A stretch of DNA of 64,000 nucleotides from Octopus sinensis. Its lineage: Eukaryota. The position numbers and the translations under genes are program-made. Under the pieces are notes generated by a model, which was given only the letters and a program-made list of their open reading frames with translations, ran no database searches and was not told the origin of the DNA. Below, one piece after another: positions 1 to 11,754 of this stretch (positions are counted from its first letter, which is position 1; the number at the start of each line of letters is the position of its first letter). The DNA is taken from assembly GCF_006345805.1 (NCBI RefSeq), contig NC_042997.1:72230001-72294000 (forward strand), given 5' to 3'.

Positions 1-130
1 TTTTCGTTGCTTTGAGACCGTGACCCATTCACTGACAAAATTCCGTGCTGCATCTGAATTTTGCATCAGAATTTTCCATGCTGCACAGAATTTTGTCAGT
101 GAACACGTCGCGGTCTCAAAGCGACGAAAA
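1..130. repeat. Imperfect inverted repeat (53-bp arms, 24-nt spacer), possibly cut by the window edge
   Basis: 1-53 is the reverse complement of 78-130 with 7 mismatches. Confidence 0.9.
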
Positions 131-284
131 TATTTTGACAAATTAAATTTAAATCTCGAAGTGAATTTTACGGTTTTTGTGTGGCTTAAAACACATTCCA
201 CGCTGCAATTATATGTATGTATGTATATATATAAATGTATGTATATATATATATGCATAGATCTATATTACAAATATATATTTA

Positions 285-1138
285 CAGGCTGTTCGAGCAA
301 AATTTGATTTTTGTCTCCTTTTCTCAGGGAAAGCTTGATGTATTGGTGAACAGTCAACGGTATTGGAGAACATAAAGATGAGAGTTATGGTTGAGAATAA
401 GTTAGCTAATATGGATGACTGGAAACCATCTGAATATTGGAAAAGCGTTGCTTAAATCATAATGATTTGCGCCGAGTATCAAAATGCCAACATCATGACA
501 GATGCTCAATGCTCTGTAAACACTGTAAGGGTTGTATGAAATGACACGGTGAGCTGCAACGGAGACTACAATTCCATGGCGAGTAGGAAGGGGCACAGTA
601 ACTGTCCTGGGTGTGTCCAGACGCCAGAATTCGTTCCTACATATTTGAACACGGTCTTAGGCTAAATTCGGACGGCTATGTGAAAGTGCTGGAGACTATT
701 CAATGCTTGACTGGAGAGATTTCTGTTAGAAGCCATATGTGTGACAGCAGGATTCGGCTCCTTGCCATGCCTCCAGAAAGAGTCAAAACGGTTATCGGAG
801 CATTTTTCCAGTTTCCGGTCTCCTAATTCCCCTGAGTGTAATCACGAGTTACTGTGTGGGGCGCGATTGAGAAAGACACCAACTGCTCTTCTTGCAACAC
901 CAAGGTCAAGCTGATGCCCAAGATCAAGGAGGTGTTCGAAAATCTTCCCAGAGACACAGTGAAAAACGCATGCGCCTGGTTCCAAAACTGTCTTGAGGCC
1001 GTGCTTAAACTGAAAGCGGCTACTTTGAGTAAACTCTGTAATCTGGTTGATATGATGTGATTATTAAAAATACTTTTATTTTTGGGTGGGAAATACTTTC
1101 CTTTTATGTAAACTGTCAAATTTAGCTCGAACACCCTG
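285..1138 (+). mobile_element. Internally deleted Tc1/mariner transposon (maT/DD37D-like)
   Basis: 23-bp TIRs CAGGCTGTTCGAGCAAAATTTGA (285-307) and its near reverse complement (1116-1138, 2 mismatches), with TA on both sides. Broken transposase: FEHGLRLNSDGYVKVL, KPYV*QQDSAPCH, SPNSP, VWGAIEKDTN. The N-terminal part joins directly to the catalytic region. Confidence 0.9.
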
Positions 1139-1151
1139 TACTATAATACAG

Positions 1152-1192
<41 letters not shown>

Positions 1193-1372
1193 CATGTTTG
1201 TGTGTGTGGTTATGTTGTAAGAGATATGTCGTCAGTAACTTTTGACACACCTAGACTAGACAATTGCAATTGCACAATATAACACTGTGCTAGTGTAAAA
1301 ACAACAAAAATGTATTATACGGCCTAATTTAAAACAGTAGTCGGTATTGATAGTGTAATAAATAACTAGCAG

Positions 1373-1443
1373 AACACTCGTCTACTAAATTACATTCATA
1401 ATGCATGGTCACACTGTGCAACATACATTGACCGTTGCCTCAG
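1373..1443 (+). CDS. Putative exon of unidentified host gene A (NTRLLNYIHNAWSHCATYIDRCL)
   Basis: Donor CAG|GTAACA at 1444. The only open frame ends in phase 2 and matches the next exon. The acceptor is weak. Confidence 0.4.
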
Positions 1444-1580
1444 GTAACACCAAATCTCGTCAATGAAATAGTGTAGACGGTAAAGTGTAGAATTCTGTCG
1501 GGAGGGCTTTATATAAAAGACGAAAATCTACCTTTGACACACGCTGAATGTCGTTTCTTTTTTTTTTTTTTTTTCTTTAG

Positions 1581-1629
1581 GATTATATTAACTCTACATT
1601 TGCCGGCAGAATACTCAGTCGCTTATACT
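1581..1629 (+). CDS. Putative exon of host gene A (R-IILTLHLPAEYSVAYT)
   Basis: Long poly-T tract plus ctttag acceptor and a GTAATT donor at 1630. Phase 2 to 0 fits both neighbouring exons. Confidence 0.55.
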
Positions 1630-2157
1630 GTAATTTGATAATCTGGTAGTTCAGTTGAGAATATATCCGATATATATATATATATATATCAACAATCAAG
1701 GAACGGCCATAATAGGCCATTCACCCACTAGAAATAACAGCCAAAGCTTCAACCGCAAATAAAAGTCAACTCCGTAAACCAGGAGAAAATTTTAAAAACA
1801 TTTACCCTGTAATTTCTTATACGATGCACCGTTTCATCTGCTGTTTAATGGTAAACTAACCTGATTAAATTAAATCAAGCCAATCTTCCATAGGCCCTCA
1901 GATTCTCAGTAAGAAATAGCCCAAGTCGGAACAGATATTTTCACGAGGCATTTCCGACCCTGCCAAGGTAATATCTGACCTAAAATTTTCAAATCATCGC
2001 ACTCGCGCCAAATTTATCGGCAGCAAATAAATATAAGCCGTCGATTCCATTACGGAATTAACCAGAAAATTCATAATTAATCAATATAGGGTGGCAAAAA
2101 AAAATTTTGTAGAATTTTTTTGCCACCAGCGGCCATATATATATATATATATATATA

Positions 2158-2979
2158 CAATCTTGGCCAAAAGTATTAGGCCACCTTAATGTTTTGGGGT
2201 TCTGCTATCTCAATGTTAATGAAACTCGAGCACATGGTAGATTGTGGTATATTTCACAATATACATTAGTTTTAATATCTGGCTGACTCTCTTTTAGCAT
2301 CAAATACCGCTTTTATACGGTTAGACATTGAATCAACTAGTTTCTTGCAGGTTCTAAGCGCAATTTGACTCCATTCTTCTCTCAACTTTTGGTGCAAATG
2401 CTCTTTATCTTTAATTGTTGTGTTCCTGATAGTTTCACCCAGTGTTCCCCATAGGTGTTCAATCGGATTTAGATCGGGACTTTGAGCTGGTCAGTCCATA
2501 GGAACAATACCCTGTGTCTCAAACCATTAATGAGCATTCTTTGCTGTATGACCAAGGCTGTATATAACACTGTTTTTCGACACTTCTCGATGCAATTTCG
2601 CAATTGATGGTTCTAAACATCTGATGACATAGAAACATAGGTAGCTGACTTTATCCTTCCCTGACATAAAAAAATTTCTCCGGGTTCTGTGGCAGACATG
2701 CAGGTCCACACCATGATAGAACCACTCCCATGTTTTATGGTTGGTACCAGACATTCAGCCTTAAATGCTTCCCCAACTCTGCGATGCACGAAAGTTGCAC
2801 CAGATGTACCGAAAACCCGAGGAAAAACATGAAAAATAATATTAGCTTTATGTTGAATACTAATGCATATTAATGCATATTGTGAAATATACCATAATCT
2901 ACCATGTGCATGAGTATCATTAACATTGAGATAGCAGAGCCCCAGAACAGTGGGGTGGCCTAATACTTTTGGCCAACGC

Positions 2980-2981
<2 letters not shown>
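2158..2981 (-). mobile_element. Internally deleted Tc1-like (DD34E) transposon with long TIRs
   Basis: About 110-120-bp inverted termini starting CAATCTTGGCCAAAAGTATTAGGCCACC / CAGCGTTGGCCAAAAGTATTAGGCCACC, within (TA)n. Minus-strand motifs: LVPTIKHGSGSIMVW and PAQSPDLNPIEHLWG. Confidence 0.92.
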
Positions 2982-3026
<45 letters not shown>

Positions 3027-3031
<5 letters not shown>

Positions 3032-3205
3032 GGCGTGGTTGTGTGGTAAGAAGTTTGCTTCCCAACCACATGATCCTGGATTCAGTCCCATTGCGTGGCA
3101 CCTTGGGCAATTGTCTACTATAACCTCGAGCTGACCAAAGCTTTGTGAGTGGTTCTGGTAGACGGAAACCGAAACAAGCCCGTCGCATATACCTGTGTCT
3201 ATGCG

Positions 3206-3252
<47 letters not shown>

Positions 3253-3440
3253 GTGTGTGTGTGATTGCTCCCCACCACCGATTGTCGACCGGTGTTGATG
3301 TGCTTACGTTTCCGTAACTTAACGATTCGACAAAACTGGCCGATAAAATAAGTACCTGGTTTAAAAAGAAAATAAGTCCTGGGAGTCGATTAGTTTGATT
3401 AAAATTCCTCATTCCGCAGTCTAATGACTGAATAAAAAAA
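3027..3440 (+). mobile_element. tRNA-derived SINE, family A (internal (TG)n)
   Basis: A-box/B-box-like head (GTGGTTGTGTGG, GGATTCAGTCCC), ggcaccttgggcaa core and a tail ending aatgactgaa. More than 10 copies in the window. Confidence 0.85.
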
Positions 3441-3443
3441 AAG

Positions 3444-3601
<158 letters not shown>

Positions 3602-3946
3602 GCGAAAACATATATTCCATGAATTTCATCCAGACTTGCTATCATTTTCCATCTATAAGAAGTGACTCGCTTCATAAAATTTCTAATAAGAATGAAATGG
3701 TGTTATTTATGATTACCACTGAATAGAAATGTAAAGAACTTCGCAACAAGCATATAAAAAATACGTAATATTCTGAGCATCTTATTCCTTAAGTTCAAAT
3801 TCAAACTTGCAATCCCGCCAAATATGAAGAAATGACCCTCTCTCACACACACACGCATATACACACGCGCACACATACACGCGCACGCATGCACTCAAAC
3901 GCACATATGCATGCATTCATATATAGCAAACACACATACCTGCATA

Positions 3947-3978
<32 letters not shown>

Positions 3979-4358
3979 GATATTACTAACTTGCCGTAGA
4001 GAAGCTTAAAAGTTTTCGTGTAAGCCAGCGACTCATTGAAGGATACAACAACAGGGCGTTTCATATGTAGCTACGTGATTGGGTGTATTTATGACATGTT
4101 ATACCATATCACCGAAGAAGTACGCCAATGTAGTTGTGGATGCCTGCATAAGAATAACATGCTCAGTAATCAACGTTATAAAGGAGACAGCGACTTTTAC
4201 CTTACTGAATACTGGAGCTGAACTCCAGCTATCAAAGCAATTGTTAATGTTACAGCACTGCAACTGGACATCTAGTTTCTCCTACCTTGCAGTATTTATT
4301 GGACAGCCGACCTCTCCTGTACTTGTCTGAAAACTTATCCAGATGGCCAAATGTGCTA

Positions 4359-4396
<38 letters not shown>

Positions 4397-4678
4397 TGTG
4401 TGTGCAGGCGCATGTGTGCATGCGTTCCTGAAACAAAAAACAAAGTAGAGAACTGTGTTTTGTTGTGAATAACAGGAACGTATTTTGGTTTATTATTTCA
4501 TAAATTAAGCCTAGCAACACATGCCATCAATCAACCAGATTTTAAAATCTTGACATTATTGCGTAACAAAGATACCAGTAAAGTGAAAGTTTAATTTTTT
4601 CAATACGGAAAATGATGGAATTTTAAAATATATAATCTGTGAATATTACCATTTTTTTGTTTTTTGTTCTTTTTTCAG

Positions 4679-4771
4679 CAGTCAGACAGGAATTTTGTTC
4701 TTCCTCTCCTTACCAACGAGCAGATTACGCTGTTAACTCGCGTACTGAAACACTCGCCTACGATTGTGAAG
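4679..4771 (+). CDS. Exon of host gene A (QSDRNFVLPLLTNEQITLLTRVLKHSPTIVK)
   Basis: Strong polypyrimidine tract plus ttcag acceptor, AAG|GTGAAT donor, 93 nt, open in phase 0-0. Confidence 0.75.
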
Positions 4772-5074
4772 GTGAATATTTAGTTTCGGTTTTTAGAAAA
4801 GAATGTCTATTCACGTTTCTTTTTCTACTGTCTTTTGCTTCTATCGGATCGTCGATAGAGAGATTTTATCAAGCTTCTAATTTCAAAATGCTAAAACTAA
4901 TATGACGCACTTCATGTGGAAACAAGGCAAAAATTTAAGTTTGAGATATGAACTTGATTCGAAATTATAGAAAGATATTGTGCCATGTAATTCAGTTTGA
5001 ATTTTTGTGAGTGAATGTGCCATGTTATAATTTTATTTTGTTACTGAACGTGTGATTCTTCCAAATCCTTTCAG

Positions 5075-5131
5075 ATTAAATATTTCACGGAACATGCGAT
5101 CAAAGAAAAAAGAGGTTGGAATATATCTCAA
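5075..5131 (+). CDS. Exon of host gene A (IKYFTEHAIKEKRGWNISQ)
   Basis: cctttcag acceptor, CAA|GTAAGA donor, 57 nt, phase 0-0, continues the previous exon in frame. Confidence 0.75.
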
Positions 5132-6075
5132 GTAAGAAAGAATTAGATAAAGGGTCTAATACATAGGGACTGATATACGGACTGGGACGTCGATAGAAAC
5201 TTGACTGTATGATTTTTCGCAGAATGTGTCAGAATAAATCAAATTTTAAACATTTGTAGAAGATATAATATTCTGTAACTAATATGTACTTTATGCTGTG
5301 CATAAAAATAATTAAACTGTGCACAAAATGTTTTGTAAGTTCTGTACTCGTTTACATAAACAAGATGGTTCACAAAATTGAACTTTATATATTATTTTTA
5401 ATATCATTTTAGTTTTTAGAAGTTAAGGGATAAACGCCGAAATTATTTTATTTCCTTGCTTACATCTTCTCATTGATTCGGTGTGCATATATATTTTGTC
5501 ATTAGAGAAAAAGTTTGGCATGAGAACATAGAAACTGAGTGGCACTGATGGAATTATCAATCCAGAACTCCACTAGCGGCATCTTATTGCCGGCACTGCC
5601 TCTGTAGCAAAGACTAAAGGCACTTAATTTCTAATGAGCAAGTGTACAAAGCTGTAAGCAGGTATCATGAATATCGTGAATGGTTCTCTGTGAAAAAAAT
5701 GAATGAGTGTTTCGTCAGATTTCTGTGCTGAGTTCAAAAACTCAACTCCGAACCCATTTAACCTTTTTTTTATCACTGCGCCAGTATATAATATAAAATG
5801 CTTAAAAACGCCAACGCAATATAAAGTGTATCACATATATCCCATGATATGCAATCAATATTTTCGATTGACCGATTTCAGTTTGAAAATATCAGGAGTG
5901 GGATATAAGGAAGTAAAGGATTTAGAGAATTGTAAAAAGCAAATTAAACTTGCAATTTATGTTTTTTAATGTTAAAAAGCTTAACTATCCTACAACAAAG
6001 TTTCAAACTAAAATGACATCAGGAATACCTAAACGAATGGCTTTCAACTGACTCCGATCATGTGTATATATATAT

Positions 6076-6145
<70 letters not shown>

Positions 6146-6170
6146 ATATGTTACATTACTCGGTAGTCAA

Positions 6171-6234
6171 GATAAAACTCTGAGTTTCAGATGCCGAAGT
6201 GGAAATCCACAACACCACCATCTCTTCGGTTATC
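6171..6234 (-). ncRNA. Hammerhead-ribozyme-like motif (left arm copy)
   Basis: Reverse complement of the motif at 6685-6744. Confidence 0.45.
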
Positions 6235-6684
6235 TGGCTATTTGAAAACGTTATGAAAAAATACCGTTAAAATGAAGGGAAATTACTCTGTTTAATTCTG
6301 CTTTGCCTGCGTACTTATACATCGCTCGCGTTTTTCGTCATAAAAATTATATAAAAATACATAAAAATATATAAAAATATATAAAATCTTCTTGGACATA
6401 ACACAGAAAGCATGTTCTATCCGTTTTCTTTAGGGGACCAAAAACGTAACAGAAATTTAGTCACATGTTACGTTTTTGGTCCCCTAAAGAAAACGGATAG
6501 AACATGCTTTCTGTGTTATGTCCCAAGAAGATTTTATATATTTTTATATATTTTTATGTATTTTTTATATAATTTTTATGACGAAAAACGCGAGCGATGT
6601 ATAAGTACGCAGGCAAGCAGAATTATAACAGAGTAATTTCCCTTCATTTTAACGGTATTTTTTCATAACGTTTTCAAATAGCCA

Positions 6685-6744
6685 GATAACCGAAGAGATG
6701 GTGTTGTGGATTCCACTTCGGCATCTGAAACTCAGAGTTTTATC
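6685..6744 (+). ncRNA. Hammerhead-ribozyme-like motif (type I, minimal stem III)
   Basis: GATAA-CCGAAGA-GATG...CATC-T-GAAA-CTC-A-GAG-TT-TTATC. Stems I, II and III all pair, but the core has U4C and an extra T before GAAA. Confidence 0.45.
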
Positions 6745-6849
6745 TTGACTACCGAGTAATGTAACATATTGTATAGATAAATTTCCTCTATTTACATAAT
6801 ATTGAGGTCTCTTTCTTTCTTTTGTTATCTTACGTTTATCTATACCTAT

Positions 6850-6853
6850 TTTA

Positions 6854-6885
<32 letters not shown>

Positions 6886-6962
6886 TAATATATATATATT
6901 ATATATATATATATGTATATATATAGTATAATGTATTATATATGTATATATGTATTATATAT

Positions 6963-7005
<43 letters not shown>

Positions 7006-7006
7006 T

Positions 7007-7059
<53 letters not shown>

Positions 7060-7082
7060 TATATATATATATATATATATAT
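6850..7082. repeat. Long imperfect (TA)n microsatellite
   Basis: Direct reading. Confidence 0.95.
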
Positions 7083-7875
7083 AATTTCAACAATTGAGGT
7101 AAAATTAATTAATTAATCAATTTCACCAAGTATTCAGTATGCAAGGGACCATTTAAGGCGAATTCAAATTATTACATTATATAAAAGGGCTTAGTAAAAT
7201 AAATTACTTTGCCGCATACTGAACTCATTAGAAATAGCAGCTAAAAAAAACTTTTTTAAAACTATTTCTAATACTTAAAGAAAACCTCTCTCATATAGTG
7301 TTTGCTCAATTCAACTCACGCAAATATGGGGGTAGAGACATTAAAAAATCAAGTGCAAAGGTTATTTGAGAACGTACGTTTCAAGATTAGTCAAATTCGA
7401 CATTTCTATCATCAGCTCAGCAACTCCTGGTTTGGATTTGAAAACACTGAAAGTAGGAGCATACCCTTTCGGCTTCCTCTCGCTTCTGAAGATCTGCTCG
7501 TAACTAACAGTGCCAACAAACTCAAAAATGCAAGCGAAGAATTTCTGCTCTCCTCTTTTCCACCAGCGTGGGTAAAATCAGTAAACACTATGCTTTTTTC
7601 GGTAAAATCCGCGGCATTATATAGAGAGAGATGAATTATAATTTCAACAATTGAGGGTAAAATTAATTAATTAATCAATTTCACCCAGTATTCAGTATGC
7701 AAAGGGACCATTTAAGGCGAATTCAAATTATTACATTATATAAAAGGGCTTAGTAAAAAATTACTTTGCCGCATACTGAACTCATTAGAAATAGCAGCTA
7801 AAAAAAACTTTTTTAAAACTATTTCTAATACTTAAAGAAAACCTCTCTCATATAGTGTTTGCTCAATTCAACTCA
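7081..7875. repeat. Head-to-tail repeat: 557-bp unit plus a 238-bp second copy, Penelope pLTR-like
   Basis: 7081-7318 recurs almost exactly at 7638-7875. Flanked by (TA)n. Related sequence starts at about 13775 and 16265. Confidence 0.9.
7367..7419 (-). ncRNA. Minimal type I hammerhead ribozyme motif
   Basis: Minus strand: TGAG-CTGATGA-T-AGA..GTC-gaattt-GAC..TCT-T-GAAA-CGTACG-TT-CTCA. Intact core, stem I TGAG/CTCA and a palindromic stem III. Confidence 0.7.
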
Positions 7876-7876
7876 T

Positions 7877-7921
<45 letters not shown>

Positions 7922-8229
7922 TTTTCTGTCAAGTGTTTGTAGAGAATGAAAACATGATTAAGTTTATAACCATTTGTACGCTTCCCGCTAAGTTCGTGCA
8001 TTAGTGTCACGTGATGGCATATTTTGCGCCTAAAAAGAGGGCCGATACGGTTGAGTGAATATGTTTACTTATAATCAAGACAGACTAAATTTAATCTGTC
8101 TGGTAGAAGAGTGCACAGGAGTCGTTTGTATGTTGTCCAATGTTTAAAATCTAGGTTGTTAGCTGTTAGCTTCCTCGTGATAAGTGGCGGAATAAATTTT
8201 GTGCGTGAATAGTTATTTTTTGTATTTTT

Positions 8230-11160
8230 GTTTAAGTCTTGGTTTGTACATTTGTATGAAAGTATTCTTTGTTTATCCGTGCTTCATCTGTGGTATTCGC
8301 TGAACATAGGTAGAGTGAGGAGACCTGGAATTTGTTAGACTTATTTTTGGCACGTATGTCTATGTGACCACTCAGTGGGATCTGTCTAGTACTAGGGTCT
8401 CGTATTTGTTATCCGTGACTGGTCGGTCGATTTCTTAGAGTAAGCTTTGTTTGACCTTTGTAATCGTCATTACATACTTGACAATCGATAGTGTATATTA
8501 AATTCCTTGAAGAACATGTAAGGTGATTTTTTACAGAAAAAGTCTGTCCTGATTTGAATTTGTATCATGTGTCTTCAATAAGGTTGATGCAGGTCCCGCA
8601 ATTGGGGCGGCCACATTTTTTGACTGTAAGTGTAAGAATTGTGGAAGGTAAGTTAGCACTTGAGAGGGATTTCTTAGGGACTTCGATTATCTTTTACTTT
8701 TGATTATTTTGTATATTTTGAATGCTTGTTTTATTTTTAGGTCTTGTTTTAGTTGTGGGATGTTTTGCTGGATAATATTGTAAACCTCTGTGTTTCTTGG
8801 ATTGTGTGTTGTAATAAAGGGTAGATTATTGGATTTATTTCGAGCGCTTTTCGTTTTTCGTAGTTCTTCAATATTTATCGCTTTGGCACGTTCTATTCCG
8901 AAGTCTATTAGCATTAATGGATATTGTCTTTTAAGTAGTACTTGTTTTAGTTCCTGGAGTCTTTTGTTGCGAGTTTCAGGGTTTGAGACAATTGTACAGA
9001 TTCTTCCTGCAAGATTGAAGGGGATATTATTCTTCGTGTGTTTGAGATGGTATGAGGAATATAGTATTGTTTAGAGTATGTTTGTTTGTAGAGAATATCT
9101 GTTTCAATGATTTCATCTGATTTGATGAGTAGTATATTATCAATGGTAGTTGAGTGTTACTGTATTCCATGGTAAAGTTAATATTACTATTTATGCTGTT
9201 GATTAGATTTTTGGAAATCTATAAGTTGTTCAAGTGTGTACGTCCATAGGATTAAGCAGTCATCTAAGTAACGTTTCCAGTTTTCTAGTAGATTTTTGTG
9301 GAAGTTCAATCCATATATTAATTTAGATTGTTCATATATCTGGACCTCCATGTACACCTTGACTTGATTGGCGTACGTCGGAGCAACTTTTGTCAATTCG
9401 CTGTCCCAGATATTTGTTATTAATTATTGCCATCTAAATCAAAAAAGTTGTTTTCGTGGATAAACTTTAATCCTTCAGTGACGAAACTCTTTTCAATTCT
9501 GTCTGGAATTTCACGAGGAAACTTCTCAAGCCAGAAATTTATTGCTTCTAGTCTATATTACTGTGGAATTGTGATATATAGATTTACTACATCAAAAGAT
9601 ACAATAGTGGTATCATTGTTTATAGATTTTGAGAGGTGGTTTAACAGGTCCGGGTCGTCTCTCACAAGACTTGGTATATATTTTAAAATAGGTTTCAGTA
9701 ATATATCTAAAAAGTTGCTCAGTGTGTGTTTCACAGTTCGGGCCCGCTACGATTGGTCTAAATTTAAGGTATGTGAGATATTTATGTTTATGCAACATGA
9801 AGTTGGTTTTTTACATCTATTCTTAATAGTTTGAATCTTATGGATTTGGGAGAGACCGTAGAAGTAGCTGGTCTTGCAATAAAAGTGGGTTAGGTAGACA
9901 CATTTTTTGTTTGTTAAACCCTTTGATGACTGTGAATGAATGTGTTCAGTTTAGTCATTGTCTTTGGTTTTAAATAATTATTTACCTTTTCGTAGTGGAT
10001 CATATCTTGTAACATAGTATAGCTCTTTCAATATCCATAATAACTATTGCACTTCTCTTATCTGCTTCCTTAATTATAATGTCGTTATTGTTTTTCGGTT
10101 CATGTATAATATCCCATTCCTTTCGACTTGTGTTGGGCTTGACTTAAGGGTGTGGGAGTTCTTCAAAAGGGAAGGTAGAAATAAAATCACAAAATTTATC
10201 TAAAACTTTATTCTTGCTTTTCGTAGGCTTATAATTGCTCTTCTTTCTTACAATTGAATCTTCCCTGATTTCTTTATCGTATAATTCCTCTGTTAGGCTT
10301 AGATTTCTATAGAACTGTGAAATTTCGTTCTGTATTTCACTGGTCTTAGGGTTTTGCGGTGTTGGGGTAAATTTTAGGCCTTTTGACAAAATATTAATTT
10401 CTTCTACTGAGAAAGTTTTTTCGTTGGGTTAATTATCTTCGGTTTGTACCATCTAGTGTCGATAACTCTGTCGGTTGAATTTTAAAAAATGATTTTTCAA
10501 AGTTTTCCTTTTATTACTATTTATATATCCGAGGACATTTTCGCTGTTAACTTGCGGCCTTTCGTATCGATTTTGTACATTTGTTGTTCCGGGCTGTGTT
10601 TGTTTCTTTCTACAATTGTCTTTTAAGTTGATATTTTTTATTCATTGTGTATGACTTCGGTTTGGAGGAAAGTTCAGTCCAGTCGGAGGGAAAACTTCGA
10701 TTGTTTTAGTTGGATTATTTTGTTGTCGAATTAGTCTTGAATTGTCCTGATGGAATTGGTGGCCATAATTTCCATATTTAGGTGTTTGATTCATCAGTTG
10801 CAAATGGGGTTTTTACATTTTAACTTTCTGTAGGTATGGGTTCTCGGTAGAGTACTCGTTTTAAAAATGAGATTCATAATTGGAGAACCAAAGAGCACTT
10901 CTCTCCCACTGTTCACATTTTTCTTTCCAAAGTTTAATATTGTTTTCTCGGCCTTCGGATGTTTTTGAAATTTCTGTTGGCATTTGTGCATCAAATTTTT
11001 CTTCGTTGGAATTTGCTCTTAGCCGTAATACCTGGGTTTCCATTCTGAATTTATCGAGAACCATCTTTTCTCAAAGTTTTTGTTGTTGTTCTGGTTCATT
11101 AGCGATAGGTTTTATTTGTAGTTTCTCTTGGATCGGTGTTGAATTAAGCCATTTAGGTTG
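8230..11160 (-). mobile_element. Near full-length, decayed Penelope-like element (RT + GIY-YIG endonuclease)
   Basis: Ordered minus-strand fragments: SKGLKFTPTP, KFRPIVAG, KVAPTYAN, WKRYLDDCLILW (RT), LPFITTHNP linker, then CSSRNLIYTIDCQVCNDDYKGQT (GIY-YIG). Many stops and frameshifts. Confidence 0.92.
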
Positions 11161-11680
11161 TTATCTGTGTAGCTTCCCGCTACGGGGAATCTATAAAAAT
11201 TTCTAAGACTAGTCACGTGACTGTTTTCTTCCAATCAAATCCGATTCAAAACATATACTAATTTGAGCCATGAACTCCTTATGGAAACAGGGCAAACTTC
11301 AAGCACTAGTCAGAAGCAAGACAGCTGCGACATAAGCCACGTCTTTCTATTTGAACTTTTTTAAAATCAGTGTAAACTGCGAAACCGATTAAAGCCTCAA
11401 ATTTTTGATTAAAAATACTTTAACTATTCTCAGTGCATTTTCAACTTCTATTTTTCCTATATAATATTTATATATATACATGTGTATATGTATGTATATT
11501 TCATCTATCAAAACCAAGCGAGTTCAACTGCTTCACTACCTGCATATTACCCGGATTCCTTTTCTGGCCACTTTTCATCTTGCCAGTAAAAACTCGATAA
11601 AAACTTCGTAATTTAAGTTCAAATCATTTGAGTACTACTGTTTTCTATTTTAGGCATCTCTGGGTTTCATCTGTTGATTT

Positions 11681-11754
<74 letters not shown>

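Larger units (their letters stand above)
6143..6772. repeat. Near-perfect 630-bp fold-back palindrome (arms 6143-6450 and 6467-6772, 16-nt spacer), Penelope pLTR-like
   Basis: Arms read as reverse complements with only a handful of differences. Flanked by (TA)n tracts. Confidence 0.95.

Noticed and set aside
2621-2640. CTGATGA-CATA-GAAAC hammerhead look-alike
   Set aside because: Only 4 nt between the core boxes, no stem I, and it lies inside the Tc1 coding remnant.
3843-4330. Short ORFs on both strands in unique-looking sequence
   Set aside because: No consistent splice-site and phase combination and no recognisable motif.
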